Positions 17,971-27,677 of a stretch of DNA of 56,306 nucleotides are shown here, piece by piece. The DNA is from Candidatus Woesearchaeota archaeon (lineage in GTDB: Archaea; Nanobdellota; Nanobdellia; SCGC-AAA011-G17; GW2011-AR20). The notes under the pieces are model-generated. The model had not been told where the DNA came from and made no database searches. It saw only the letters and a list, made by a program, of their open reading frames with translations. The position numbers were made by a program, and so were the translations under genes. Position 1 is the first letter of the stretch. Every line of letters starts with the position of its first letter. The stretch covers positions 1 to 56,306 of the forward strand of contig JACQNJ010000022.1 of assembly GCA_016203115.1 (NCBI GenBank), written 5' to 3'.

Positions 17971-18712
17971 TTTTTACCTTGTTGTATAGTGTTACGATAA
18001 ACTTGAATCGAGAATAGATCAGTCTTAACCTGATAATTGCGAGAAACATTTCAAAGATTGTTTTGAGATTTAAATGGGAGCCTCCTGGCTCGTTCCAGAC
18101 AGTGGGAATCTCTTTTGTCTTGAAATGATTTCTTTTTATTGCATACAGCAAGTTTACGTCAAACGCCCATCCTGTTGTTTTGCCCATGCTTGGCAATATT
18201 GCTTTTACCACATGCTTTTTAAATAACTTTGCACCACATTGTGTATCCTTAATCTTTAAATTGAAAAATACATTCACTAAAATGTTAAATGCCCTGCCTG
18301 CAATTATTCTTGTGAGAGGCTGGCGATGATCCATTTTTGCGCCTTTTATCCATCTAGATGCTATGATTGCGTCATAATCCTTAATATTTTTCACTAGATC
18401 GTAGAATGCACCTGGTTTTGTAGCCAAATCCGCATCTACAAACCCAATTAAATCTGATTCTACTCTTTTAAATCCTTCAAGAACTGCTGCCCCCTTGCTT
18501 GCAACTTTTCCTACATCAATATATTTTATTTCTTTGTTTTTCCTTGCTATCTGAGAAACAACACTTAGTGTATTGTCTGTACATCCGTTAATAACAACCA
18601 GGATTTCAAAATTTATTTTTCCTCTTAAATAGTTTATATACTCTTGCAAGGTCTTTAGAATTCTTTTTTCTTCATTGTATGCAGGTATAATTATTGATAG
18701 ATTAGTATTCAT
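17960..18712 (-). CDS. GT2 dolichyl-phosphate hexosyltransferase-like (DPM1/Alg5-like)
   Basis: LSIIIPAYNEEKRI, NGCTDNT and GFVDADLATKP. Confidence 0.8.
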   Translation of the reverse strand: MNTNLSIIIPAYNEEKRILKTLQEYINYLRGKINFEILVVINGCTDNTLSVVSQIARKNKEIKYIDVGKVASKGAAVLEGFKRVESDLIGFVDADLATKPGAFYDLVKNIKDYDAIIASRWIKGAKMDHRQPLTRIIAGRAFNILVNVFFNLKIKDTQCGAKLFKKHVVKAILPSMGKTTGWAFDVNLLYAIKRNHFKTKEIPTVWNEPGGSHLNLKTIFEMFLAIIRLRLIYSRFKFIVTLYNKVKNVI

Positions 18713-19967
18713 TCTTTCTCAAGATTGTTGTGATGAACATTGTGAGTGACATTGCAAATCCTATACCTATTAACAAATTTACTATTTGCAATAAGCTTGC
18801 GTGATAAAACCATATTAATACAGCTTCTGATAAACTGAAAAATCCTAAGATAAAAAGGAATTTAAGCCTATTTATAGAGAGATTGTACATTGATATAGCA
18901 TAGGTAAATGAAAATAAAAGCATAAAAACTGCGAATTTCCAGAGAATGTTTGCTGCATCAAGATAATCGCTTCCAAAGAAGATTTTTACTGCTATTTCCG
19001 GAATAAGGAAGTAAACTATGCACATTGGTACTCCTATAAGAGAAATCAGCAACAAGGATTTTGTTAGAAACTTTTTATAGGGCTTTTTTTGCTTATACAT
19101 TTCTGAAACTTTTGGGAACATTACCTGGGTTATTGCAATAGTTGCGAAGAATACAGTTTTGCCGATCAGAGAAACTGCTGCATAGTGGCCTGCAGAAGCT
19201 GAGTCAAAAAAATGCTTGACTAATAATATGTCAATGCTGTAAAAAGAGGTAAGAAGCAATAATGTCAGAGTTACAGGCAAAAGATATGCATAAACTGGTT
19301 TTAAAGAATATTTTTCTGCCTTATGAATCAAAATCTTTTTTAAAGGAAAGTATGTTATAAAAAAAGAGAACATAAATGCCAAGAATATCGCTAAAGCTGC
19401 TCCATTAACCCCTAACCCTATTATCACTAAGACTATACCTATTACTACTTTTGAAATTCCTTCAAATGTCATGTTTATTCCTAAATTCTTAAACCACTGC
19501 ATACCTTGCATTACCCCTCTTGATACTGGAAGAAGCAATGCGAAAACGAGAAATCCTCCTAAAATAATAACTGGTGTTACAGAAATATGAAGGAATGAAG
19601 CTATTGCCCTGCTAAGCAGAAGGTATATCACAAGCCCTATAACTGAGACAAGAAAAAAAGCTTTCATTGCGTTTACCAGTAAATATTTTACCTTTGGATA
19701 TTGCTTTTCTGCATTTAACTCTGAGACAAATTTTGTTAATGTTGTCTGGATTGTAACTGTTGGAACAACTAACAAGAATAGTAAAGACAATAGTGCACCT
19801 AAGACCCCGTAACTGCTTGGGCCTAATGCCCTGCCCATGTAAAAATGGAATACAAACCCCATTAGATTTAAAATCATTGTAGCTGTTAGCAGTATGATAC
19901 TGTCCCTTACTAAACTCTTGTCTTTTGAATATCCTTTTAATAAAATAGACTTAACTTTAGCTATCAC
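18702..19967 (-). CDS. MOP-superfamily oligosaccharide flippase (Wzx-like)
   Basis: 421 aa with ~12 TM segments. Sits between the initiating phosphotransferase and the GT genes. Call is based on composition and topology only. Confidence 0.65.
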   Translation of the reverse strand: MIAKVKSILLKGYSKDKSLVRDSIILLTATMILNLMGFVFHFYMGRALGPSSYGVLGALLSLLFLLVVPTVTIQTTLTKFVSELNAEKQYPKVKYLLVNAMKAFFLVSVIGLVIYLLLSRAIASFLHISVTPVIILGGFLVFALLLPVSRGVMQGMQWFKNLGINMTFEGISKVVIGIVLVIIGLGVNGAALAIFLAFMFSFFITYFPLKKILIHKAEKYSLKPVYAYLLPVTLTLLLLTSFYSIDILLVKHFFDSASAGHYAAVSLIGKTVFFATIAITQVMFPKVSEMYKQKKPYKKFLTKSLLLISLIGVPMCIVYFLIPEIAVKIFFGSDYLDAANILWKFAVFMLLFSFTYAISMYNLSINRLKFLFILGFFSLSEAVLIWFYHASLLQIVNLLIGIGFAMSLTMFITTILRKNEY

Positions 19968-20951
19968 TTAGATCACCCACACCAAACCTGCAAAAGCTAA
20001 TTCTATAAGCATGATAAGATAGACTACCTGCTTTTCTGTAAACTTTCCTTTTATTGTAAAAAAATGAGGGATTGAATAAATTTTGTCATAGAGAGACTTT
20101 ACTTTTCCGTTTTCATAAAATCCATAACTCTGTTTTTTGAACCTGCCCCTAGATTTCAAGAAAAACTCTATGAAGAAAGGTATTGAAACTATTAATGCTG
20201 CTTTTTCTATGTTACCTACAATTGCTATTGTTGCAAGTGCTGCACCTAAGAAATAAGTTAATGAATCTCCAGGAAAGATTTTCGCAGGATACTTGTTGTA
20301 ATAATAGAATGCCAGCAAAGCTGCGAATGTTACTGCTGCAATTAATGCTGCTAAATGCCTGGTGTTAATATATGCATATAAACCCAGATTTCCTATGTAA
20401 ATCAGGCCTAAACCTGCTTCTAAACCGTTAAATCCTGCTAACAGATTCACCATATTTGAAGAGCCTATGAATATTAAAGGAATTAAAATTAAAGGATAAA
20501 TCAAACCAAAATCAACTTCACCTATAAATGGAAACCACATTATGGAAGTACCGGCATTAACGACCATTAAAGGAAGCGCTCCTGCCGCCGTCAATAAAGG
20601 CTTCTGCCATTGTTTTAACCCAGAAGACCTGTCTTTTGATCTATTAATTAACAAATCGTCAATAAAACCTACTAGAGTAACAAGCAAAAGAGAGGTTACT
20701 GATGCAAAAGTTAAAAGCAATGGAGAAGTATCTTTGTAGAAAAATGTTTGAATAAAAATATAACTCATTAACCCTCCTATGGCTCCTCCTACAACAACTA
20801 GGCCTGCTGAAACCGGGACAAGGGGCTTGTCTTGCTTATTCTGGTCTTTTACTACTAAGCCAATATTCTTCAGATATTTTATTAATCTTGGAATAAAGAA
20901 CAACACTATAGCAAATGCAATTAATGCCCCTATTATAGGTATTATTCTCAT
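19968..20951 (-). CDS. UDP-HexNAc:polyprenyl-phosphate HexNAc-1-phosphate transferase (GPT/WecA/MraY superfamily, AglH-like)
   Basis: LVGFIDDL and NMVNLLAGFNGLEAG motifs in a polytopic membrane protein. Confidence 0.8.
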   Translation of the reverse strand: MRIIPIIGALIAFAIVLFFIPRLIKYLKNIGLVVKDQNKQDKPLVPVSAGLVVVGGAIGGLMSYIFIQTFFYKDTSPLLLTFASVTSLLLVTLVGFIDDLLINRSKDRSSGLKQWQKPLLTAAGALPLMVVNAGTSIMWFPFIGEVDFGLIYPLILIPLIFIGSSNMVNLLAGFNGLEAGLGLIYIGNLGLYAYINTRHLAALIAAVTFAALLAFYYYNKYPAKIFPGDSLTYFLGAALATIAIVGNIEKAALIVSIPFFIEFFLKSRGRFKKQSYGFYENGKVKSLYDKIYSIPHFFTIKGKFTEKQVVYLIMLIELAFAGLVWVI

Positions 20952-21012
20952 GAAGAAAGACCTTAGAAGTAGTTATAAAAACATTTCGAAAAGCGTTTAG
21001 AATTATCTAGTC

Positions 21013-22443
21013 TTACTTTATTGGTTCTGGCTCGTATCTTGCTGCTTCTGTGTATTCATTAATAAATAATTCTCTTGCTCTTGATTCTATACTAGCTATT
21101 TGTCTTCTTGCGCTTCCTATGAAATGCTCCTTGTCTTGAAGTACTACATTAATCATCTTTTCAGTAATACCTACTTGTCTAAATTCTGGATCTTCAGCCA
21201 AAGCTCTTGCAAGAGAAGGAGGTCTTCCTTGTTCTCTCATGCTTAATGCTTCTGCGACAGAATGTTTTTTTATTACTGCGTGAGATCTTTCCCTTCCTAT
21301 TCCTCTAGTTGTAGCCATAGTTAAAAGTTCAGTTGTAGCTAAGAAAGGCAAATATCTGTCAACTTCTGCGCTTATCACCAAAGGATATACTCCCATTTCA
21401 TTTAATACTGTTAGTGTTGTTTCACATAATCCATCTGAAGCATAGAATGGATCTGGAAGGATTACCCTTCTTACAACAGATTCTGAAACATCCCCTTCTT
21501 CCCATTGATCTCCAGATATTCTTGATGCGCCATCAGAGTACATCTTTAGCAAGGTTGAAAATCCGCACATTCTTTCTGAACTTCTTGTGTTCATCTTATG
21601 AGGCATTGCGCTTGAGCCCACTTGTCCTTCTTTAAACCCTTCTGTGACTAATTCATATCCTGACATTAACCTCATACTTATAGCAAAATTCCCACATGGG
21701 GCGCCTAGTGAAGCAAGCTTTGATAACAGGCTAAAATCCAAGGATCTTGGATATATCTGACCAGGTGAATCTAATGTTATGCTAAACCCCAAATGGTGCG
21801 CTACTCTCTGTTCAAGAGTCTCTACTTTTTCCATGCTTCCCAAAAGAGTAAGCATATCGAACTGCGTTCCCACTGGACCTTTTATACCTCTTAAAGGATA
21901 ATTGTCTACAAATGATCTAAACTCCCCTAATAGTATAATTAATTCTTCAGCCCACATCGAGAACCTCCTGCCTAGCAGTGTTGGTTGTGCTGCCTGATGA
22001 TGTGTTCTAGCTACAAGTATAATGTCTTTGTATTCATCAGCTTTATCAACCATGTGCCTTAATATTGATACATATTTTCCAAACACAATCTCTGAAGCTC
22101 TCTTTACCTGCATTTGTTCAACATTGTCTGTTAAGTCTCTGCTCGTCATACCTCTATGGATATGCTCTTCTGTACCTGCTGCTATAATGAAAGCCTCTAT
22201 TCTTGCTTTGACGTCATGCCTTGTCTCTTTTTCCCTTCTTTCAATAAACTCCAGATCAATGTCTCCTTTTGCCGCTTCACATTGTTCTATAACCTCAGAA
22301 GGAATGTTTAAACCTAACTCTCTTTGAGATTTCATTACTGCAATCCACAAGTCTCTTTCACAGAGGATCCTGCCTCTTTCTGAAAAAATATCATTTATCG
22401 CATACGCTGCATATCTATCTGACAATACATTTAAATTAGCCAT
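21013..22443 (-). CDS. purB: adenylosuccinate lyase
   Basis: Fumarate-lyase signature GSSAMPHKMNTRSSE, with TSRDLTDN and HHQAAQPT regions. Confidence 0.9.
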   Translation of the reverse strand: MANLNVLSDRYAAYAINDIFSERGRILCERDLWIAVMKSQRELGLNIPSEVIEQCEAAKGDIDLEFIERREKETRHDVKARIEAFIIAAGTEEHIHRGMTSRDLTDNVEQMQVKRASEIVFGKYVSILRHMVDKADEYKDIILVARTHHQAAQPTLLGRRFSMWAEELIILLGEFRSFVDNYPLRGIKGPVGTQFDMLTLLGSMEKVETLEQRVAHHLGFSITLDSPGQIYPRSLDFSLLSKLASLGAPCGNFAISMRLMSGYELVTEGFKEGQVGSSAMPHKMNTRSSERMCGFSTLLKMYSDGASRISGDQWEEGDVSESVVRRVILPDPFYASDGLCETTLTVLNEMGVYPLVISAEVDRYLPFLATTELLTMATTRGIGRERSHAVIKKHSVAEALSMREQGRPPSLARALAEDPEFRQVGITEKMINVVLQDKEHFIGSARRQIASIESRARELFINEYTEAARYEPEPIK

Positions 22444-22511
22444 GCAGAATTTATTTTAGGTTTATATAAAAGTATTATTGTCTATAAACAGAGGCATTAC
22501 AATAGGCATAA

Positions 22512-23609
22512 TTAATCAATAAAATCTTTATTTTTTATTTTCTGCGGCAAATAAATCTCGCTTATAAAGCTTACACCCTTTGTCGCCAAAGCCTGAATTT
22601 CTACTTTGCCATTAAACTCTTTCATCATTTTAAACTGCTTCTGCCACTCTTTATTATCCTTAAACCATTCATATTGCGAGACCTGTTTTATTCTTGCTAA
22701 ATCTTTTTCATCCAATTTAATTAACTGTTTTTTTAGATCGTACTTAACTATATCGTCCATAGTAATGCCAATGTATTTGACTGAAGGAATTGTCAATCTT
22801 TCAGATGCATGCGCCAAAGCGATAGAACCATATTTTACTACAGAGTAGATATATGCACCATAAACATCTCCATCACAGAGAACATAAATTGGCAAATTTC
22901 CTTCTTCTGCGAGCCTTTGCAATAACCTCCTGATTCCCCGGGTAGTTTGACCCTGGCTTGTTATTAAGATGCAACCATTTTTCTGCCAGAACTTGTCTTC
23001 ATTCAATCTTTCAAATATTGCTGCTTTCTCCATGTATAACACAAATTTAGCATTTATCTTTTTAAACTGCAATTCATCTGTGATAGAAGGGATAGAATAA
23101 CCTCCTCGACCAAGCTTAGAGCAGTCTATTGTATCTCCGCTGTCTATTAAACTGACATTTCCAACCATGCTGCCCATCTTATTTGCTGACACATGCAATT
23201 GTTCTCTTGATAAACCGGTTATAACCTCAAGGTCTTCAATTACTTTGTCAGATTCAACTTGCTCGTCTACAATATTAATATTAGTTCCAGGGATTGTTCT
23301 CTTTGTTATGTAAAAAACTCCTCTAAGATGCTCATGCTTCCCAGTATCTAATAATTCTTTTTTTAGGATGCTTGCTACTTCAACTGTTTGCAGGAATTTT
23401 TTTGCATGACCAAGATTGAAGAAACTTCTTTTCCCCTCTTTGCTTCCAAGCTGCAATGTTCCAGTTTTTTTATTGTATTCTATGTTTGATAGGGCTCTAA
23501 TCGGCAGGGTAATCTCTGGATTTTTCATTGATTTTACCTGCTGTACAAGATTTTTGCCCAGTTGCTCGAGTGTAAGTTTTGGATTATTCTTTGTCTGTGT
23601 TTTTTTCAT
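22512..23609 (-). CDS. top6A: DNA topoisomerase VI subunit A (Spo11-like)
   Basis: Toprim region YVLCDGDVYGAYIYSVVKYGS, a 5Y-CAP region (RGVFYITKRT), and a 26-nt overlap with the upstream top6B. Confidence 0.9.
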   Translation of the reverse strand: MKKTQTKNNPKLTLEQLGKNLVQQVKSMKNPEITLPIRALSNIEYNKKTGTLQLGSKEGKRSFFNLGHAKKFLQTVEVASILKKELLDTGKHEHLRGVFYITKRTIPGTNINIVDEQVESDKVIEDLEVITGLSREQLHVSANKMGSMVGNVSLIDSGDTIDCSKLGRGGYSIPSITDELQFKKINAKFVLYMEKAAIFERLNEDKFWQKNGCILITSQGQTTRGIRRLLQRLAEEGNLPIYVLCDGDVYGAYIYSVVKYGSIALAHASERLTIPSVKYIGITMDDIVKYDLKKQLIKLDEKDLARIKQVSQYEWFKDNKEWQKQFKMMKEFNGKVEIQALATKGVSFISEIYLPQKIKNKDFID

Positions 23610-26600
23610 TTTTTACTTGTTTAACCTCTCCTAGCAATAATGGAAGCTCCTTCTTTAATTTCTTTTCCAGATGCTCTTTAATAACCTCTTTCTTTTCACC
23701 AGACAGTATACTTAATGAAGATGCTAACTCAGGAATGTATTTCTCGAATAAATTTGCACGCTCTCTTTGCTCTTTTGCCCTCACATTCTTTCTTATGTAT
23801 GTTGCTAATTTCCTTCCTACTTCTTGCAGAGCTAATTTCAATTCCTTGAGTATTTCTGGATAATGGGCTATTGCTTCCTTGCTTTCTGATGTAAAAGGAA
23901 CCCATACTGAAGCTACATGAATTAAAATTACTACTGGACCAACAGGCAATGCGCCTTTGCTTTGAGATAAACCGTAATTCCTCCAAACAGTTGATACAAC
24001 AGATTTAGTTGTTGCACATGCACTTAACTGGTAGAGTAAAGGAACTCTGTTTGCAAATCTGTAGAGCTTTACCAATTCGTTTGAGTCTAATGACCCTCCA
24101 TACGCTAGACCCAATTCTACAACAAAAGGATTACCACGATAAACATTCGGGGGTCTTGATACTGCAGTGTAAAATTCAGCATCTACTTCTTTTTTCAAAC
24201 CTTTAATTATTAATTCTTCCCCTATTGGCGTGACACAGTCTGTTGGAGGAGACATTATTTTTGTAGCGTTTAAAGATTTGTAAAGTATTTCAGCTTCCTG
24301 CATTGCAATTCGCTCAGGTCTTGCGCCGCAATCTAGACTTGATTTTTCGCATACTTCTTTAGCAACTTTTGCACTAATTCTACAGAAATCATTTTGTAAG
24401 AAACTTTGTAAAGTCTTGGCTTCTGTATCGTGAAGCATTTTTATTAAAATGCCAAGCTCAATACCATGAGGATGAGGCTTTATTTCTTTGGGCTCTTTAG
24501 GCAATTGATTTGTTGCTCTTGGAAATTCTATTTTTTCTCCCTCTGGATTAATGTAAGTTAGAGATAGATGAGGATTGACAATTGCTGTCTGCTTTAAGTA
24601 TTGGTCCACACTTTGATTTCCTTTTTGATATTTTGCAATTAGCTCTATTTCAACTTTTGTTCCTGTTTTTTTCTCTGACCATTCAAAATCATTTTCATGA
24701 ACTATTTTTGGCTCATTTGTTTTTGTATCAATTATTAATTCAAAATAATGAGCTAATTTTTTTGAATTTATTTTAGAAGTTATTTTTGCTGGCTTTCCTG
24801 TAGTTAATTGACCGTACATGGAAGATGCCGATATCCCCAATCCTTGCTGACCACGACTGCAGCGCAATCTGTGAAATTTTGAACCATATAATAATTTAGC
24901 AAAAATATTCGGAATTTGCTCCCTCACAATGCCAGGACCATTATCTTCTACTATTACTATAAAACGGTCTTCAGAAATAGGTTTTATTTCTACATTTATC
25001 TCTGGGACAATTCTCGCTTCCTCGCATGCATCTAATGAATTATGACAAAGGATTGCTCCCGCACCCGCAACAAAATTCTCGCAATTTGGAACAGAAACAT
25101 CATATACCCATTCGCGATCGTATTGAATTTCTTCTATACTTTTAATTCTTAAAACACCAAGATCACCTTCTAAAAGTGTTTTAACATTTTTATAAATACT
25201 TATGTTTTTGGCGGACAATCCTGTTTTTAAAACTTTAAATGAGAGATTAATCTGGTTATCTCGGTTTATAGAATACCTAAGTTTTGAATCTGTTGTGCCG
25301 ATTATTGTATCTTTAATCGGGAGGAGGTTTAAATGGCTGTCCTTGCCGCTTGTGTATACGTAAATTTGGTAACTTTTTCCATACTTTGTTTTAATATTAT
25401 TAATAATCCGTTCTGATTCATTTGTCATGCCGGTGCTGTAACTTAAACCTAAAGAAGATAGCAAATATTGTAAACCTATAAAAAGTTCTGAACTTGCTGT
25501 GGCGCAAGTTATTTTTTCTATACTTAGTTCAGGCAATACTCCTTTATGTTTTAGTAGACTGAATAATTCTTTACTTGGATAGCCATCACCTGAAAGATAT
25601 GCTAGTAAAAATAAATATTTTAAATCATAACTAAAACTGTGCACAATCTCTGGTATTCTTTTTGAATTTGCATAATCCCCCACCTTAAAAATATGCTTAA
25701 ATACAAAACAGATCATGCTTGAATTAGAGATGACGTTATATGCTGTATTGTGGGCTTTTTTTATTTTAGGGTGGATTTTAAAAACCTTTTCAAACAAATC
25801 AGCTAGATAATTCACCATTTCTTTCTCATGTGTGCCAAAAGAGAAATGAATTCTGTTTAATGAGCTTAGCATAGAACCCTCAGAGGTGTAGAATCCGAGT
25901 AATTCTGCTAACTTATTATCCGCATTTATGATCACAGGCATCTTATGTTGACTATACAAATATCCTAAACGGGAATCTGAAAGTCTGTTGATATCTATCT
26001 TGAGCTTCCTAAGAATGTTAAATGGTAAATAGTTGAATCTCCTGAAGTCATTAATCCTATATTTTTTAGATTCTGGGAAAATTTCCCTAAGTTGGTTAAT
26101 AATATTATCTGTAAGTATATTATTAATTCCGTGAAGATATATTTTTTTAGTAAGTTCTGGATCAAGCATTAAAAGCTCTTCAATGAGGTTTATCTCGTTT
26201 ATTGCGTAATCGCTATTCCAGCTTGATCTAGGAACAATGAGTGGTGTTCCAATTTTAAGAGCCTCTGTAGGAACTGATATTACTTCTCCTTTGTCTATAG
26301 TAAAAACTGAATGATAAGCTGTGAGGTCTACATATCTCCCTGATGTAAGCGTTACCCTGTAAATTTTACTATTTACCTTATGCCTAAATAATGTTGAAAT
26401 CGGATGGAAAGATAATTTTAATGTTTTTTTGTCAAAGGCGAGAGCCTCTATGCTTTCTTGCGCAGGAATCTTTTCTAGGCTACCATCTCGCAAAATGCAA
26501 ATTTTTGTTTTGTTCTTTTCTAACTCTGCATCAACTAACTCTCCTATCTTAGTTAAAGAAATTTTTCCTTTTTTTCTGATAATGAGGGGCATATCATAAG

Positions 26601-26760
26601 TTAGACTGTTATCTACTGCTTCTTTTATTGTTGTTAAAAGAGCTTTTCTTGGATTGTCAAAACCCAGTAAATGCTTATTTTTAACGAAGAACTCTGATAT
26701 TGAGATTTCCCTCTGTCCTTTTGCTAATTCTTCTGCAGTTATTGTTTTTTCTACGGGCAT
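23584..26760 (-). CDS. top6B: DNA topoisomerase VI subunit B, interrupted by an in-frame intein (extein 535 aa)
   Basis: The GHKL/Bergerat motif EAVDN|...|SLDACEEA is split by the insert. VEDNGPGI and GQQGLGIS lie downstream. The C-terminal transducer region is intact. Confidence 0.9.
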   Translation of the reverse strand: MPVEKTITAEELAKGQREISISEFFVKNKHLLGFDNPRKALLTTIKEAVDNSLTYDMPLIIRKKGKISLTKIGELVDAELEKNKTKICILRDGSLEKIPAQESIEALAFDKKTLKLSFHPISTLFRHKVNSKIYRVTLTSGRYVDLTAYHSVFTIDKGEVISVPTEALKIGTPLIVPRSSWNSDYAINEINLIEELLMLDPELTKKIYLHGINNILTDNIINQLREIFPESKKYRINDFRRFNYLPFNILRKLKIDINRLSDSRLGYLYSQHKMPVIINADNKLAELLGFYTSEGSMLSSLNRIHFSFGTHEKEMVNYLADLFEKVFKIHPKIKKAHNTAYNVISNSSMICFVFKHIFKVGDYANSKRIPEIVHSFSYDLKYLFLLAYLSGDGYPSKELFSLLKHKGVLPELSIEKITCATASSELFIGLQYLLSSLGLSYSTGMTNESERIINNIKTKYGKSYQIYVYTSGKDSHLNLLPIKDTIIGTTDSKLRYSINRDNQINLSFKVLKTGLSAKNISIYKNVKTLLEGDLGVLRIKSIEEIQYDREWVYDVSVPNCENFVAGAGAILCHNSLDACEEARIVPEINVEIKPISEDRFIVIVEDNGPGIVREQIPNIFAKLLYGSKFHRLRCSRGQQGLGISASSMYGQLTTGKPAKITSKINSKKLAHYFELIIDTKTNEPKIVHENDFEWSEKKTGTKVEIELIAKYQKGNQSVDQYLKQTAIVNPHLSLTYINPEGEKIEFPRATNQLPKEPKEIKPHPHGIELGILIKMLHDTEAKTLQSFLQNDFCRISAKVAKEVCEKSSLDCGARPERIAMQEAEILYKSLNATKIMSPPTDCVTPIGEELIIKGLKKEVDAEFYTAVSRPPNVYRGNPFVVELGLAYGGSLDSNELVKLYRFANRVPLLYQLSACATTKSVVSTVWRNYGLSQSKGALPVGPVVILIHVASVWVPFTSESKEAIAHYPEILKELKLALQEVGRKLATYIRKNVRAKEQRERANLFEKYIPELASSLSILSGEKKEVIKEHLEKKLKKELPLLLGEVKQVKNEKNTDKE
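25039..26607 (-). mobile_element. Top6B intein with LAGLIDADG homing-endonuclease domain (523 aa, residues 52-574)
   Basis: The N-extein ends ...EAVDN. The intein starts SLTYDMPLII (Ser1). Block B is LTAYHSVF (TxxH). LAGLIDADG motifs are LAELLGFYTSEGS and FLLAYLSGDGY. The C-terminal block is VYDVSVP..NFVAG...ILCHN followed by +1 Ser (SLDAC). Joining the exteins restores DNSLDA. Confidence 0.88.
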
Positions 26761-26782
26761 ATTGTTGGGGTGAAGAACTTGT

Positions 26783-27310
26783 TTATAAATGTTTATCTAA
26801 TTTACTTTTGTTTCTTTCTATAAAACCGTAGACATTTCCATGTTTTGAACCCTGCAAGAGATTTTGAATCGCTCTTTTTGCCAAATAAGTATTTTCTTGC
26901 TCTCCTATTATTGAAACTGTTTTGCCATATACTGATATTTCTGTATGAGTCAGCATTTCTATCATTTTTCGGGCTTTTCCATTTGTTCCAATTAATCTCG
27001 CTTTTAATCTTATCAAATCTCTTTTAGATTTTTTTGAGAAGTTTGTTATATCTATTATTTCCAACATATTCTCTTCCTCTGCCAACCTTAGTGCTATGCT
27101 TGGATTAAAACCACGACCTATAGACTGGATTATTGGCTTTGCATTGAAAATGTTTAAGCTTTCTTCTGATTCTATTATTACATCTCCTTCCTCTGAGTTT
27201 ACTATTATTCTTGTTGACGTTGCTCTCTCTATTTTTTTCTTTGTTTTTCCTTTTTCTCCTATCAAAACAGCGATTCGTTTTTTTGGAATCTTTAAACCTT
27301 CTTGTAACAT
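26783..27310 (-). CDS. KH-domain RNA-binding protein (archaeal Dim2/Pno1-like)
   Basis: Two KH-like modules (RIAVLIGEKGKTKKKIE; RLIGTNGKARKMIE). Adjacent to aIF1A, as in many archaea. Confidence 0.75.
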   Translation of the reverse strand: MLQEGLKIPKKRIAVLIGEKGKTKKKIERATSTRIIVNSEEGDVIIESEESLNIFNAKPIIQSIGRGFNPSIALRLAEEENMLEIIDITNFSKKSKRDLIRLKARLIGTNGKARKMIEMLTHTEISVYGKTVSIIGEQENTYLAKRAIQNLLQGSKHGNVYGFIERNKSKLDKHL

Positions 27311-27311
27311 T

Positions 27312-27638
27312 TTAGAATTCTTCTACGTTTTCTAGACCTTTGAGATATCCATTCTTTTTTAACCAATCAACTTGGTTCGGTCTGTATTTTAATAGAATAT
27401 CTCCTTTTGTTTCTTTATCAAACTCCCATGGCTCAACCATAACTATGTCATTTTCTCTTATCCATAACTTTCTTTTTAATCTTCCTGGAATTCTGCAGTT
27501 TCTTTGCTTGCCATCTAGGCATTTTACTATCATCCTTGAGCCACCGACTCTTTGCTCTACTACACCTAAGACCTGTATTCCTCTTGGTGTTGGAACTCTT
27601 AACACTTCCTCTTGTGGCTCTTGTTCTTTTTGCTTCAT
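27312..27638 (-). CDS. eif1a: translation initiation factor aIF-1A
   Basis: S1-like OB core VKCLDGKQRNCRIPGRLKRKLWIRENDIVMVEPWEF. Confidence 0.9.
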   Translation of the reverse strand: MKQKEQEPQEEVLRVPTPRGIQVLGVVEQRVGGSRMIVKCLDGKQRNCRIPGRLKRKLWIRENDIVMVEPWEFDKETKGDILLKYRPNQVDWLKKNGYLKGLENVEEF

Positions 27639-27677
27639 AATAGAAAATTAGAAAATTAGGTTTTTAAAGGTTTTTGA

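Noticed and set aside
21013-22443. purB as a horizontally transferred island
   Set aside because: GC is only mildly elevated (22/60 in one sample). No flanking repeats or mobility genes are present. This is insufficient evidence.
23584-23609. 26-nt top6B/top6A overlap as a possible frameshift or fusion
   Set aside because: Both ORFs have complete, plausible termini. Short overlaps are the norm in this genome.
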